A program made the position numbers and the translations under genes. A stretch of DNA of 64,000 bases from Podarcis filfolensis. Lineage: Eukaryota. Where the stretch lies: assembly GCA_964270895.1 (NCBI GenBank), contig OZ185436.1; one strand, given 5' to 3'. Below the pieces are notes generated by a model. It did no database searches. It saw nothing but the letters and a program-made list of their open reading frames with translations, and was not told the origin of the DNA. Of this stretch, positions 12,580-25,789 are shown piece after piece (within the stretch, counting starts at the first letter, position 1; every line of letters starts with the position of its first letter).

Positions 12580-13686
12580 GTATATGTGAAGATACGTATG
12601 TCCTATGTGGCTTATGGGAAGTTCTGAGCCTTCCACAGCATAATGCAGAAAGGGAAAAGTTCCACATTCTGTGGAATCTTGGATATATATAGTTGGGGGG
12701 GGGGTAACAAGGAAATGAGGAAATCTTCACAAGAGTACACAGCGTACATGCATCTCATGAAGTAGGCTCAAGTCTATGGGCTTTTCCACACTTCCTCTTG
12801 TCCTGCTCTTGTCCCCTCTTTAGCTCTTTCGGTGCAAACAGCAATCAGGTTTTCTTCAGATTGCTATTTGTTCCTATTCCAAGCTAAAGAGAGGAAACTG
12901 CTCAGACCCGTGTTTTTTAGGCATGGGACAAGTACGCGTCATCACTTTTGCTGCATCAGACTAACACAGCTGCCCCTCTGGAAATTGAGACATTTATATA
13001 GCACTTCTATACGTCAAGAAACCCGCGTAACCGTATCTAGTTTCAATCCTCTGAAGATAGGTTGGCATTTCCATGTTGCATGCCTCCAGCTGAAAGCTGC
13101 TTGCTGAAGCCCACCTAGTGAGTTCATAAGTAGAAGTGAGATTTTAGTTAGGGACTTTCTGAGAGTGAAAGCTGCCACCTTAGTTGGGGGACTATACATT
13201 CCACCAGCCTTCCTCAACCTGGTGCCCTCCAGAGGTTGTTGCACTTCAACTCCCATTGGCACTAGGCAGCACGACCAGTGATCCAACATGGTGGGAGTTG
13301 CAGTTCAACATCAGATGGGGAATCCTGCATTGCATATCTGCATTAAACTATAGCTAATGGTGCCTTATTTCAAAGAGGGTTTGAGGTGACCCAAATTCTG
13401 GCTCCATAAGGCAAGGGATGCAGCAGTTGGAGATCGCTTTAGGGTAGGGGGTGGTGCATAGCGAAGCATTCCTAGTTGATGGTACTGTGGCTTTTATGTT
13501 GTTTGGTTTGAAACCAGGTGGCAGGCATAAAATGGGTAAATGTTTATGGCTTTGGAGCAGAATTGCAGCTGCCATGAGAATCAGACCTTCGGCTGCTTAA
13601 ATCTTCCAGCATGCATTGACGCGTGTTGCAGAGGCTCAGCTTTGGCAATCGCTGCAATGGACTTAAAATACTATTTCTCATTCCAG

Positions 13687-16467
13687 ATGCTTCCAGAGCT
13701 GTCACGGCCTCAAAGGCCAAGCCTTCAAGATCAAACCCTGCTGTGAAGATGCCGCCTGCCCCTTCCAGGCACCCCAAACTCCCAAGCTCCAAATCTCAGT
13801 CCGAGCAAAACCTCGGGCAAAGGAATGTGGCCGCCCTTCCGAATACCAAGCTTTCGTTGAAGAAGTTCTCGGAGTCCGCTAAGCCCAGAACTCCTGCCAA
13901 GGCGGCTGGTGGGACTTCGCATCCGCCCACGCCACAAAGAGCTGCTGTCTCTGCTTCCAAGGCTCCTCCTGCAGGGGGCAGTCCAGGCAAGAAGCTCCCC
14001 AAGAAAGATGCCCTTCCTAGCCAAGAGCAGGCCCCCTCTCCAAAGAAGGTCCAGAAGGCCAAGGAAGGGCATGCCATGGTGGTCACTGGTGAAGCAGAAA
14101 GCATCTCCCTAGAGGAGGCAGGGCCCATAGAACAATTAGACCCTGCAGCAGAGGTAGAGACTGTTTCCTTGCTAGACTCCCAAGAGGCAGTGTCTGAGAC
14201 CTGCAGGGTGGAAGCCGTGGCGACTGAGCAGTTGGAGCCAGGGGGCTTGGAAGGGGAAGACTGGGCTGGACATCCCAGCCTGAAAGTGCTAACTCCAGCC
14301 GCTCTTGAGGCACCCCTGTCCTCGCTTGATCAACAAGATGTGACGGTCTCTTCCTCGCCCACCAAGATCCATCCAGCGGTCCTTGTCACACCTTTGACTT
14401 TGTCCAGTCCAGATGATGTGAAGGACTCTTCCTCTCCTACTGAGATGCATCCAGCAGTCCTTGTGGCGCCTCTGGCTTCGTCGAGCCCACAAGATGTGAC
14501 GGTCTCTTCCTCTCCCACCGAGACGCATCCAGCAGTCCTTGAGGCACCTCGGGTCTCTCTGCCACCGCAAGATGTGAATCATGACGAGATCTCTGAGGTC
14601 CTGAGCGTCCCTGGTGACGAAATACTGGGCTTGCAGGCAGCTTGCACTTACGAACCATCCCTTCCTGTTGATTCGGGGCTTGCTTCCCAAACTTCAACGC
14701 TGGAATCTTCCCAGACTAGGCAGGCAGGCACAGACTCTGAGTACTTAGAGGAGCAAGTCTTTCCGCGCCTTGATGTTCCAGTGGCTGTTGAGCAGCCGCA
14801 CTTACTGCTTGACGCGGAAGAGCCTTGTGAAGGCATAAGCCACCTCTCGTCACCCGGCACGCCGGTGTCCACTGGGGAAGATGTCCCCATGCCAAGCTGT
14901 GTAGAAGGATTTCATTCTCCTGGGTCCTTGGTTCCAGATTTTGGGTTGCTTGAAGAGGCCCAAACTGCCGAACCTCTGGCACAGGCAGCAGAGGCAGCGG
15001 AGGTGTCTGTCCTTACAGCGGAGCAGCCCTCCTTGTTCAGCCAGGCAGGTCCTCCCCTGGAAACTATGGCAGAGCCTTGGGCAGCCGAACATGAAGTGGA
15101 TGAGGTCCTAAGCCTGCCTCGTAGCCCAGAGGTGGAGGGGCAGGTGGACAGGGCCCCACTGGAGGCAGAGACTGAGAGGCTGAGGAGGAGCCCGCTGGAG
15201 CTTGCAGCTGAATGTGGTGACGTAACACAGGAAGTGGTCACTTCTCCACAGGCTGAGAGGCCACAAACAGCTGCCATTTATACCGAAGATGAACTCCTGG
15301 AGCCTCCGCATGCAGCAGAACCTTCTGTAATCGGTGAGTTTGTTCAGGACCAGGCCCCCGTCTCTCCCCAGACCCCTGAAAGCTTGCTTCCCACAGAATT
15401 TGTTGGAGAGCCTTCTGTAGCCCACAGCGACCCGTGCAGTTGTTTGGGTGGACATCCCGCAATTGGAGGCCCTGCGGATGATGGTGGCGGTGATGATCCA
15501 GTGCTCCTGGAAATGTGGGGGGGTAACCTGAACCGAGAGGAGGCTCCTGCAGGGGAAGCGCCAGGCTTCCGGCCCCATCTCTCAGGGGAGCTCTCTCCGA
15601 GCGGTGTGGCTCAGGTGTTGGTGCACAAACCCCAGACCCTGCCCCTGAAGAGCCTTGAGCTGCTGCAGGAGCCTCCTGCCCAGCTCCCCGAGCTCCCAGA
15701 CTTGCTGCTGAGTAGCACAGTGCTGACCACGAGCCAGTCCCCAGAGAGGGGAGGCTCCTCTTCAAAGTCCAGCACTTTAAGCGGACCCGATTTGGCAGGC
15801 AAGAGCAGCAGCGAGACCAGCACCCCCGAGGAACTGCTGGACTATGACAGCAGCTCCGGGGTAGAGTCCAAGTCGGAGGAGAAACTGGAGCAGACCTGCC
15901 ACCAGCTCCTGAGCCCCCTGGAGGACCTGCCCGGCGAGCTGGACCTGGGCATCCACATGGAGAAGGGAGACGATGAGGCAGAGACCCTGCCTGCTGACGA
16001 AGTCCTTGGCGACCCGCCCACTGAGCCCACCGTGTCCTCCGAGGAGGAAGCCGAGCTGGACGCCGATCTCCTGAAGGACCCGGGCTTCGCCAAAACAGCC
16101 GTGTGCCTGTCGACTTCTTTCCCGGGCAAGCCGTCCTTGCCCCACTCCGTGGAGGAGTCTGACGAGCCGGGCTCTGGCGACGCTGGCACCGAGACCCCGG
16201 CCTCCACCAACTCTGCCGCCTCTTGCGACGTCTTTGGCGCCTTCCACCTCCACTCCACCGACAGCTGTGGGAAGAGCCCCGGCCTCTCTTCCCTCGAGAG
16301 CGAAGAGGGCAGCAAGGACCAGCTGCCCAAAGAGACCGGCAGCAGCAAGGCCTCCGTGGATTGGGAGCAGCATTCCTTGCAGGCCTCGCCAGCTCCCCAG
16401 AAGACGCCTGGAGGGCAGGGGGAAGAGTCATCCCAGCCTTTCACTGCCACTTATAGCTTGGCTGCAG
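13687..16467 (+). CDS. PRR36: PRR36-like coding exon 4 (2781 nt; basic Pro/Lys-rich start, then long acidic Ser/Glu/Pro-rich region)
   Basis: Lies within the 951-aa ORF 13623-16478. Acceptor ttccag| at 13686 and donor CAG|gtaacg at 16467, phase 1 to 1. Confidence 0.88.
14334..14576 (+). repeat. Coding tandem repeat, 78-bp (26-aa) unit, 3 copies plus a partial
   Basis: Units start at 14334, 14412, 14490 and 14568, exactly 78 apart: QDVTVSSSPTKIHPAVLVTPLTLSSP / DDVKDSSSPTEMHPAVLVAPLASSSP / QDVTVSSSPTETHPAVLEAPRVSLPP / QDV. Confidence 0.92.
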
Positions 16468-17429
16468 GTAACGTATAGAGGAAACCTGCCTTGTCTGTGT
16501 CAAAAGTGCCAACCTGTGGTATCTCAATGTGCAATAGTACCCTGTAGGGAAGGAAGACGGCCCCTCTCCTTCCATGTGCACCTGTTCCATCTGTGTTTCT
16601 AGCCAAACAGGCATACTTTTTTTGTCTCTTTGTGTTTGATACCTCTCCCCCCCCCCAATCTCGACAACCCCTTTTCTTCGCGGGAAACTGTGTGTATTTT
16701 AGCGTGTTTTCTGAGAAGGGTAAACTTCTTAGTCTTGATATGTTGAATAAAGCATCACTTTGTCTATCTGATCTGGCCTGTCTTGTTTTTCCAGGAGATC
16801 TGTTCCCTACCGTTTTGAGGTGGGGGGGTTGGGGGCTTGGAGAGAGCAGAGAGCCCTAACTGAACGCGGCTGTAAGTGGCTTTGCTTCCGAGATCTCACC
16901 AAGGACAGTCCACGTATTTTTCAGGTGTTAGGGACGCAATGCGGAGCCCTGTCATTGAGAGCTGCCTCTTGTGTGCTGTGTTGCTCAAGTAGCCCAGAAA
17001 CCTTGGTTGGTTTTGCACATGAACTGGGGCAAATCTGACTGGCATATTGGCAGCAGTGAATCATGGGAATATTTTGCAGAGCTGGGTAGAATTTTAATCC
17101 ATCAAGGTCAATACACTTTCCTAGCCTTGTTCAGCAGCCCTTGAGCCTAGTAGTTGCTTCTAGTGACCTTGGAGCCTCCCTGTTCAGTGAAGGTTATTTT
17201 TCTTTATGGGATCCCATCACTATTTGCTTCTCTCTCGTGAACTGGATGAAGCCCTGCCAAAAAAAGGCTCTGCAGAGCATTTGGTGGGGAGGGGTTATAC
17301 TTATGGCAATCTTCAGACTAGTCTTGCAGGCAGCGCCCCTGAAGTGAGTCTCGCCTTATCAAATATAAGAGGAATTGAAATTCGAACAGGCCTCTTCTAA
17401 TGCAGCTAGCAGGGAGGAGAGCTTTCTAG

Positions 17430-17670
17430 AAATGGGACTGAATACCATGGAAGAGGGCAAAACCCACTCTGCTTCTCCAGAGGCCTGGACTAGACCTAAG
17501 GCTTAAGTAACAGGAGAAACCTGTTGATGGCAAGGACCAGTTAAGCAGCAAACCCAATTACCGGTATCTAGGGGGATGGAGGTCTTTGAGCAGAAGCTAG
17601 GCAGCCCTCTGCTGGAGATGTTTTAGCTCAGAAATTCCAGCATCAAGCAGGAGAGTCTATGGTCTATGAG
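17430..17670 (+). mobile_element. Decayed CR1 3' end
   Basis: Remnant MEEGKTHSASPEAWTR, and gaggtctttgagcagaagctagg resembling the CR1 terminus. Confidence 0.55.
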
Positions 17671-18477
17671 ACACCCCCCCCCCCCACTTTAGTCCTATGA
17701 AGTTGGCTACGGCAACTGATCTAGGCAAACCAGCTTTGTTACAGTTGTAATCTTGGAGTATGATACCTTAACCTTGTGACCTTCTGTAGGGTGGTAGGAA
17801 GAGCATAGGTTGATCTCTTTAGAAGCGATAGGTGTGGTGAAATGGGGGAGTGTTCAAACTAATTCCCATTCTAGGGGGACTAGAAGTCTACTGGACTAGC
17901 AAGGTCACATGCTGAAAAATACTTGGGTCCCCAGTAAGAATGATTGGGTGTTCTGTTTTGTCAAAAGAATGGCAGAGCTGACTGGCAACTTAACTACAAC
18001 TTCCTTGATGGATACATCTTTCTGCTGCTGGTTGGCTTTCTAAGTAAAATGGTCAACTAGGACTCCAGAAAATATAGATGCTGTTAAGAAGAAATAACAC
18101 TGATTTAAGAACTAGCTTAAGTTTTGTAAAGCCAATGAAGTTCTTAATAATTAATTGCCCACCTGCCCAACCTATCATCTTGAGAAACTCGGGAGTGGCT
18201 GTCTGACAGGGACCATGATTGAATGGGGAGTTGCTTGGGAATCCCGAAAGGCAACCCTAGCCAGGTCCCCATGCAGTGCTTACAGCTGTTGTATGTCCAT
18301 TAAGCTGGCCCCATATCTGGATGGGACAATACTAGAGGGAGACAAAGTAGGCGATCTGAACAAAAGGGTTCTGCACAGCCCAGGCATTGCAGTGGTGGTG
18401 GGTTCAGTCAATAGATAACAGCAATTTTTGAAGGCAACTCTTGCCAGGCTGAGAAGCATCTCAGGTTTTCTTTTTAA

Positions 18478-19026
<549 letters not shown>

Positions 19027-19218
19027 ATTTGTTTCCTTTGAAATGGAAAGTTTCCCTTGGGCATTTTGACTTGTTTCCCCCCAACACCCCTCCGCTTAGG
19101 TACGATCCAGCCGTTCCTGTAGGGACTTCAGAATCTAGTGTTAGCCAACTGCGGGGGTGTTCCTTCTCCTGATCTCGTGGGCAGCTGATGAGAAACACTA
19201 TCTGAGATGATTGCTCTA

Positions 19219-19440
19219 CAGTGGTACCTCGGGTTAAGTAGTTTGTTCCGGAGGTCCATTCTTAACCTGAAACTGTTCTTAACCTGAAGCACCACTTTAG
19301 CTAATGGGGCCTCCTGCTGCTGCTGTGCCGCCGGAGCACAATTTCTGTTCTCATCCTGAAGCAAAGTTCTTAACCCGAGGTAATATTTTTGGGTTAGCGG
19401 AGTCTGTAACCTGAAGCATATGTAACCCGAGGTACCACTG
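19219..19440. mobile_element. Tigger-like MITE, family B, in the PRR36 3' UTR
   Basis: TIR CAGTGGTACCTCGGGTTA and TA TSDs. Reverse complement of the 31965 copy. Confidence 0.9.
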
Positions 19441-21199
19441 TATTGGCTTTTACCGTAGCTTAGCCACTGTTTTTGCCACTTGCCAGAAAGTGCAAATTCA
19501 CTTTTGAGCTGCTTTTAGCTCACTGGACCCCCTCTACATTTTGTTTGGGTCTTCAGTGATATGGGGCAGCTTCTACACTTGAGATAGTCCTGTGCAGCTT
19601 CGCCTGGTAAGTGCTGGGGGGGGGGAACCACACCCCTCTGCTTTTGGTTGACATAGCAATACTTTCTCTACTTGGCTGGGGGCTGTCCCCAGCCGTAGAT
19701 AAGCAACTGTCTGATACAGCTACTGATGTGGCCTTGGAGTTCCACATGGATTTATTGGCAATTAATGGTTACAAAGGCTGGCAGACCTTTCCTAGGTTGG
19801 CAGAAAGTGTTCAAATGCCTCATTTCTCATAGCTGACTACAGATACAGGGAACCCTTCTAAAGCAAACTGCTTGCTCTTGGGAGAAAGGCGTTTCTACCT
19901 CTTCCCCCTGAAAGAGCAACACATGAAATTGCCCCTCCAATGACATAAGGGGGGGGAGCATCTACAAGTGAGGAGGAACTGCTCTGTCTTTAGGCATTTC
20001 TGTACTTCTCAGGAGCGGGTCATGCCCCAGGTTTCAAAGTGTGTGTGTTTGGTGGGAGGGCTTGTGCTGGTATGTGGTTTGCCATCTAAGTGCCCATCAA
20101 CTTGGGTTTTTTTACATAGACATCTGTACCCTGTACAGGAGAAAAGGATGATGAGAATCTCTTTGGTTATTATTCTGCTTGGGAATTGTTTGGTACAGGG
20201 TGTCTTCTTCCTGGGAGCTTGAACCCAAAGTTCAGCAGTATAGAGAAGTGGACAAGATTGCAATGCCGATGCCTGTGCTATCCTGTCTCAGTATTGGCAC
20301 AACAGTAGCAACCTGCAGGTTTCCTGTGGTGCTTTGCAGGGATAGCTGTGCCATGCCCAGGGACTTCCTTTCTTTGATGATGGACAAATGCAATTGACAC
20401 TTTTTACTGTGGGACTCTGCTGTAACAGACTTTAATGGCGATGAAACATTGCATCTTTTTTTTCTAGTAAAGGCCTCCTAGCATTTGCTGGTATTAAGTG
20501 GAACAAAATTACTGCCTGTACCCCACATGCCAGTTGTGGGACACCCATGTCCCATCACAGGGATTTAAAGAATTAAATAAATTCTCCTTCACCTCTGCAT
20601 ACTTGGGCACATAGCACAGGACCACTTGCTAGAGAAACTCTTGAGCAGTGCAGAGGTAGAAATGCCTTTGAGGCGTTACTTTCCTCCATTTCTGCCTGCT
20701 ACAATGGAGATGGCAGAATTTAGGATTCTTGAGTCAATTACCTTGAGAGATTAGTGCTGCTAGGAAAATGTTACATGAGATGGAGAAGCTTGTTTTCTAG
20801 GTAGGGACAAGGTGGCCATGTTGGATAGCCCCGCCTTGCTTGTGGGGCTGAAAGTGCCCAGGCATTACAAATTGCTATGGCGGAAGTAGCCCAACTGTGA
20901 GACCTATCATTGCATGGCAATATGGTCCTTCTCTTCCATGCCTTCAGAAATGGTTTTCCTCTTGGTAACTCTTGTCCATGCAGCTACAGGTGCCTTGAAT
21001 GCAGGGTTTGGGGAGTATCTCTTACAACTCGATGGAACTGTAGCTTTGTGTAGTGATATCATTGGAAATGGAGCCTTATTAACTGTAACAAGGTGTGTGG
21101 TTTCCCGCCCCCCTCCTGAAGTTTGTATGTGTGTGACTGCTTTTGTAATGTAGCACATTGTTGGTAATAAATTATGATAGATTTTTCTTAGTTTCTTAA

Positions 21200-21205
21200 A
21201 ATAAA
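21200..21205 (+). terminator. Probable poly(A) signal of PRR36-like
   Basis: AATAAA followed about 15-30 nt later by GU/U-rich sequence (gtttccgctgttgtgtccatgttt). Other AATAAA hexamers at 20576 and about 21168. Confidence 0.5.
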
Positions 21206-24200
21206 GATGAACTTGAGTTTCCGCTGTTGTGTCCATGTTTCAAAATGGGGGGGGGCTTATATGTTCAGGATGTAATATATTTATTTCCTCAAAATAGGTT
21301 TCAGTTCCAATACAATTTTGCGCTTGTGGTGAATTGCTTTCTTCATCTTCCCTAAAACTATTTCCCTAGCAACTTCACCTTAATATTGGTGCCTAGACTG
21401 CTTCCTTAGATGACATGCTGCAATGCAGTTCCATGTCAGGCCTGAATCCTGTATCCAGCTCCAAATTCTACATTTGCAGTGTACATTTAAAAGACTTGCA
21501 TATACTGGACAATGGTTTGGGGTCCTGCATGATGGGTGCAAATTGCTTCAAAATTAGGTACCAGTTCAGGCCTGGATAAGAGATTTAACCATTTGAACTG
21601 CTAGCTCTGTACTCTTCGCCTACCCTTATGAAGCATGGGACAGGTGGCATCTTCCTTCTGCTAATGGAACGCTCTATTATTGTAACCACAACAAAATTGG
21701 TTGTTGGCAATGATGGTTAGCCGGTTCTTCTGTGTGCTCAAGTAAAACTACAAAGTAGAAGCTGCTGGCACAGTTCTGCTGTGTCTATTATGTCATCAAA
21801 AGGATATGGATGGGCTTTAAAAGATGCAGTCTGCACACAGTGGGCAACACCAACGCATTCATCTCTAGCCCCTGTACCTTAAAGCTTGGCTGACAGGTGC
21901 AGCTGCAGTTTGCGTACTGAAAGGAGAGACTTTTATTTAAGAGCTCGCAACTGTTCCTGCTGTAGTTCACAGAATGATTTGCTGTAGCAAAATGACGTAA
22001 AGGGATGCGTGTTTACCTTTTAAGTCCCAATGACTTAAGTGGCACCCTCAGGCTTTTACTCAGGAAATATTTGGTGGAAGTCAACATCACTCTTCCAGCT
22101 GTTTGGATAGAATCATTTCCCTCTCCTCCTGTGTACTATTCTGGGAGTTCTTCTGATGTGCACACACCTTGCTAAAATAACCAATTTTGGGGTGTGACAA
22201 GGTGTGCAGGGGGAAGCTTGCGCGGTGCTTCTGCTGAGGGGCTGGTTAGGTAAATCCCGCCCATTGAAATTTATCAACCAATCTTAGTCACAGGCATTAA
22301 TTCCAATGAGTGTGCTCTGAGTGACATGTTGGAATGGCACACTAAGCGGTCTCAAAAGTGTCCTAGCAGCATATATTTTCCCTTGAGTTCCTGTGCAGAT
22401 TCTCCAACCTACCTACATCCAAACCAATACTATAAAAAATAAAAAATGCTGTACCAAGTATGCAGTTCTATTTGTAAGGTGTCTATCATAGCCTACTTTC
22501 CATAATTTGTATTTGTGCAGCTGGGCCCCCTATACCTTACCCTAAAAAAATAGGTTGTAGCAGGATTTCCCCCAGGCTTAGTTCTTTTTTTGGTTTTTTT
22601 TGCATTTTTGCCATTCCCAAGACCCACACAAACTATTATTTTGTTCCAAGGAACACAGGCTTGGAGTCCTGTTACGGTTGCTTGCCATGCAAAAAGTCCA
22701 GTTCAGCATCTTATAAACAGATGGAAGCGTAGTGGATTGATCAAATGGACCCTCTTATGGGAGCCAGGAGTTATTATCCTTTAAACCAAAAGCCTCTGAT
22801 CTTCCCTCACCCCTTTCCCATCCTCAATATGCAGTTATGTTACTGAAGTCCAGCACAAAGCGCAGTATGCAATCACTTCTCAGGAAGAACGGATTAATAA
22901 TTGTGAACTCGACAGTGACCTAATCTGGAACTCCCTACAGTGGCTACCAAGTTGAAAGCAACGAAGGATCAGCACAATGGGAATTCAAAGTCCTTTACTA
23001 TTTTCTACTGAAGCAGAATCTTCCCTTGCACACAGTTATCAGGCACAGAGCTGTTGCTTTCATTGTAAATCATCTTGGGGGAGGGGGGAATCAATCCTAA
23101 TTTATTATCTACTCCCAAAGGTACATTGAAGTCAGAATGAGGAACATAAAGACTTCCGTGGCCTCAGACAGAGTTCATCCACTTCAGCATCCTGTTTTTG
23201 AAAGTGGCTAGACTGCCAGCTGGCTGTCCGAGGTAGACTGCCTCTGAATCAGGTGTGTCCATTTAGTTTATCATAGCAAACAGCTAGTGCTAGACCCTGC
23301 ACTGGAGCCAGTGGCCATCACGTCATACGACAGCCTTCCATCAGCTATCTGACAAAGCATAGTTTTTTTAAAAAAATCTGTCCTTGGTCTGTTTGTCAGG
23401 GGCAGAAGCATGGCCTGTATGTAGGGAAGAGATGGACTCTTGCCACAACACACACAGTTCATACCTCCCCTCCTCCATTTAATTATAAAGCTTCAAGTAT
23501 TTTGGCCTTTCCTCAAAGTATTTCAGATGCTTAATTGCTTTAGTTGCCTTTTTGTGTGTGTGTATGCTGCAGGACAATGCATCAGGTCCCACCATTAGCC
23601 ATTAGGTTAAATACTCATAGCTAAACAGGAGCAGCACGTTATTGTTTTAAAAGATCAACTTCTGGCTGTAAGCACCACAAACATTGACACCTCTAGTATG
23701 CCAGCCCTGAATGAATTTGTTCTGTAGGGATGTTCATCGTTGACAACCCAGCTGCTTTTGGGTTAATCTCAATTTAAATGGCACATAGTGCTGAAAGTAG
23801 CTAACAATCCTGTACTCAGCTGTAGGTTCTACTCACTTCGACTGAGCTTATCCCAAGGTAAGCAGGTATAGAACTACAGCCTAAGGATCCTCAGAGTGTA
23901 AGAGCATCTGTAGGGCCTAAGATGCTGGTGCTGCATTACGGCTTCCATCATTCCTGGCCATGCTGGCTGGAAGTCCAACTTCTGGAGGGCCACAGGTCCT
24001 CCATCCATTTTAAGTCAAGGCAGCACATTTGGAAACAGAACAGAGGACATCCAGAGGCATACGTACTTATAACTCAACCACTTGTAGTCCCAAAGTTGGA
24101 CAGTTCCATCCCATGTTCATCAGCAAATGCTAGTTGCAATCACTTATTCAGAGGGAAATCTGAAGAATTAATAGGAAAGCTGCAAAGTCCGTTAGAAGCA

Positions 24201-24584
24201 TGTATTTTCTTAATTATCCTCCGTCCACTTCTTTCAGGTGGGTATGTGGGCTTAGATTGCATCACCATTTCCAAGGAGAAGCCCATGAAATATCAAGCAT
24301 TTCCTTGATATTTCAACCATACACCCAAGGCATCACTGATCAGCAGTTTGAGGAATGACCACTTTGCCAGAGGCCTAGTTGGTGAAATGGCCCTAGAATA
24401 TTTCCCACTCCCTGCACCCCCATTCGCTTTTCACCACCTGTGACACTGCTTCTGCAGCAACATTGGGTGCTAGACCACCCCTGCACCATGATTGAAATAA
24501 GGATTTTAAGCAAGTTTAGGGAAATGTCTGTGATTCAGTCTCTGAATAGGTTAAGTAACTGTTATGTATTCAATTCAGGTAGAG

Positions 24585-24776
24585 CAGAGCTTTCCAAACT
24601 CTGTGTAGTGACACCTTAGTGTGTAGGTGTGTCGTGCAAATGCTCCCCGCTCTCCTCCCGGTGCTGGAAAGGGGTTAGTTTAACCTCCTGTTTGCTAGCA
24701 AAACTGAATTACTGTGTCACGAAATGATGCATGTCTAAAAAGTGTGTCGCCAACATGAAAAGTTTGGAAAGCTCTG
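24585..24776. mobile_element. hAT-type MITE
   Basis: Perfect 15-bp TIR CAGAGCTTTCCAAAC. TSD not preserved. Confidence 0.75.
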
Positions 24777-25783
24777 AGGGCGTCAGGTGCGAAGTCTCAC
24801 ACTGAATTGGGTGCATGTGATTCCTCAGCCCAGTCCATCCCAAACCTCCGGTTTCAGCTTCACATCCAAACTAGATTTCAAATAAAGGTTGAGATGAAAC
24901 TTCGTTGGAACTGAGAGTCACCCACCCAAAGTGATGGAGCACTTATTTGACCAGCTGTAGGATTAAAATACCATTTCTCCTCATTAGAATGGTCCAAATT
25001 AATTCCTAGCCTTTAAGTGTTTCACTTCCGGTCACTAGATTAGCCTAGATCAACATAAAATACTGTGCAATATGTTGTGTCCACCTTTACTAAGGAAACT
25101 TCGCCTTTGGATTTTGTAGGTGTTGAATTAGTGAACACAAGTCCGGTTCACACCTCAGCACAGCCTTAGCCAAGGCCATTCCCCCTGCACAAATTTCCAA
25201 AACCTGTATGTTACAACCTGGGCCCATTGCCAACCAGCTCAAGCCTAGATCCCAAAGCACAAATCTGTTTTTTAAAAAAACCACACAACCAGCCAACACC
25301 TTATCTGTGTTTTCATCAGCACATGGTCATGTATATCAGCCCTTAAACTGTACTACAGTATATCTAGGAAGTTAGGATCCTGAAGCCCGTTTCCGTCTTG
25401 TCTCTTACTTGAACTACCCTCTGCACTGACAGGCAACACAACCTTGTCCCATCCAAGCCTCACAGAGGAATTTTCAGAACACTGCGCTGCAACAGCCTTG
25501 CTTGGCTTTGTCCACTCCAATCTACACCTTCCCACTGTGGATTATTAATGTCCTCTCCTCTTTCCACCCTGGCCAGTGTCAATAACAATGAAGTAAAGGG
25601 GCAGCCCAATTCTGTAGCCCTACTCTGTTCCCAAAAGGACAGCACAAAGAGTTGGAAAAATCACTCCCACTGTTGAGTCATCTAAATTGGTTCCTAAAGC
25701 ATTTCACCTCCTATGGCAGCTCTTTTGACAACTGGTGGCCAATAAACAGAATACATATTAGAACCCAAAAATCTTGTTGTTTT

Positions 25784-25789
25784 TTTATT
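25784..25789 (-). terminator. Candidate SAMD1 poly(A) signal
   Basis: First AATAAA I found on the minus strand downstream of the stop, followed by U/GU-rich sequence. An earlier non-canonical site near 27070 is possible. Confidence 0.3.

Noticed and set aside
15238-16450. Long antisense ORFs of 397, 198 and 202 aa
   Set aside because: These are shadows of the GC-rich PRR36 exon, with low-complexity translations and no recognisable domain.
16795-16819. 25-nt microexon-like segment in PRR36 (ccag|...GAG|gtgggg)
   Set aside because: It is frame-shifting with a weak donor and there is no supporting evidence.
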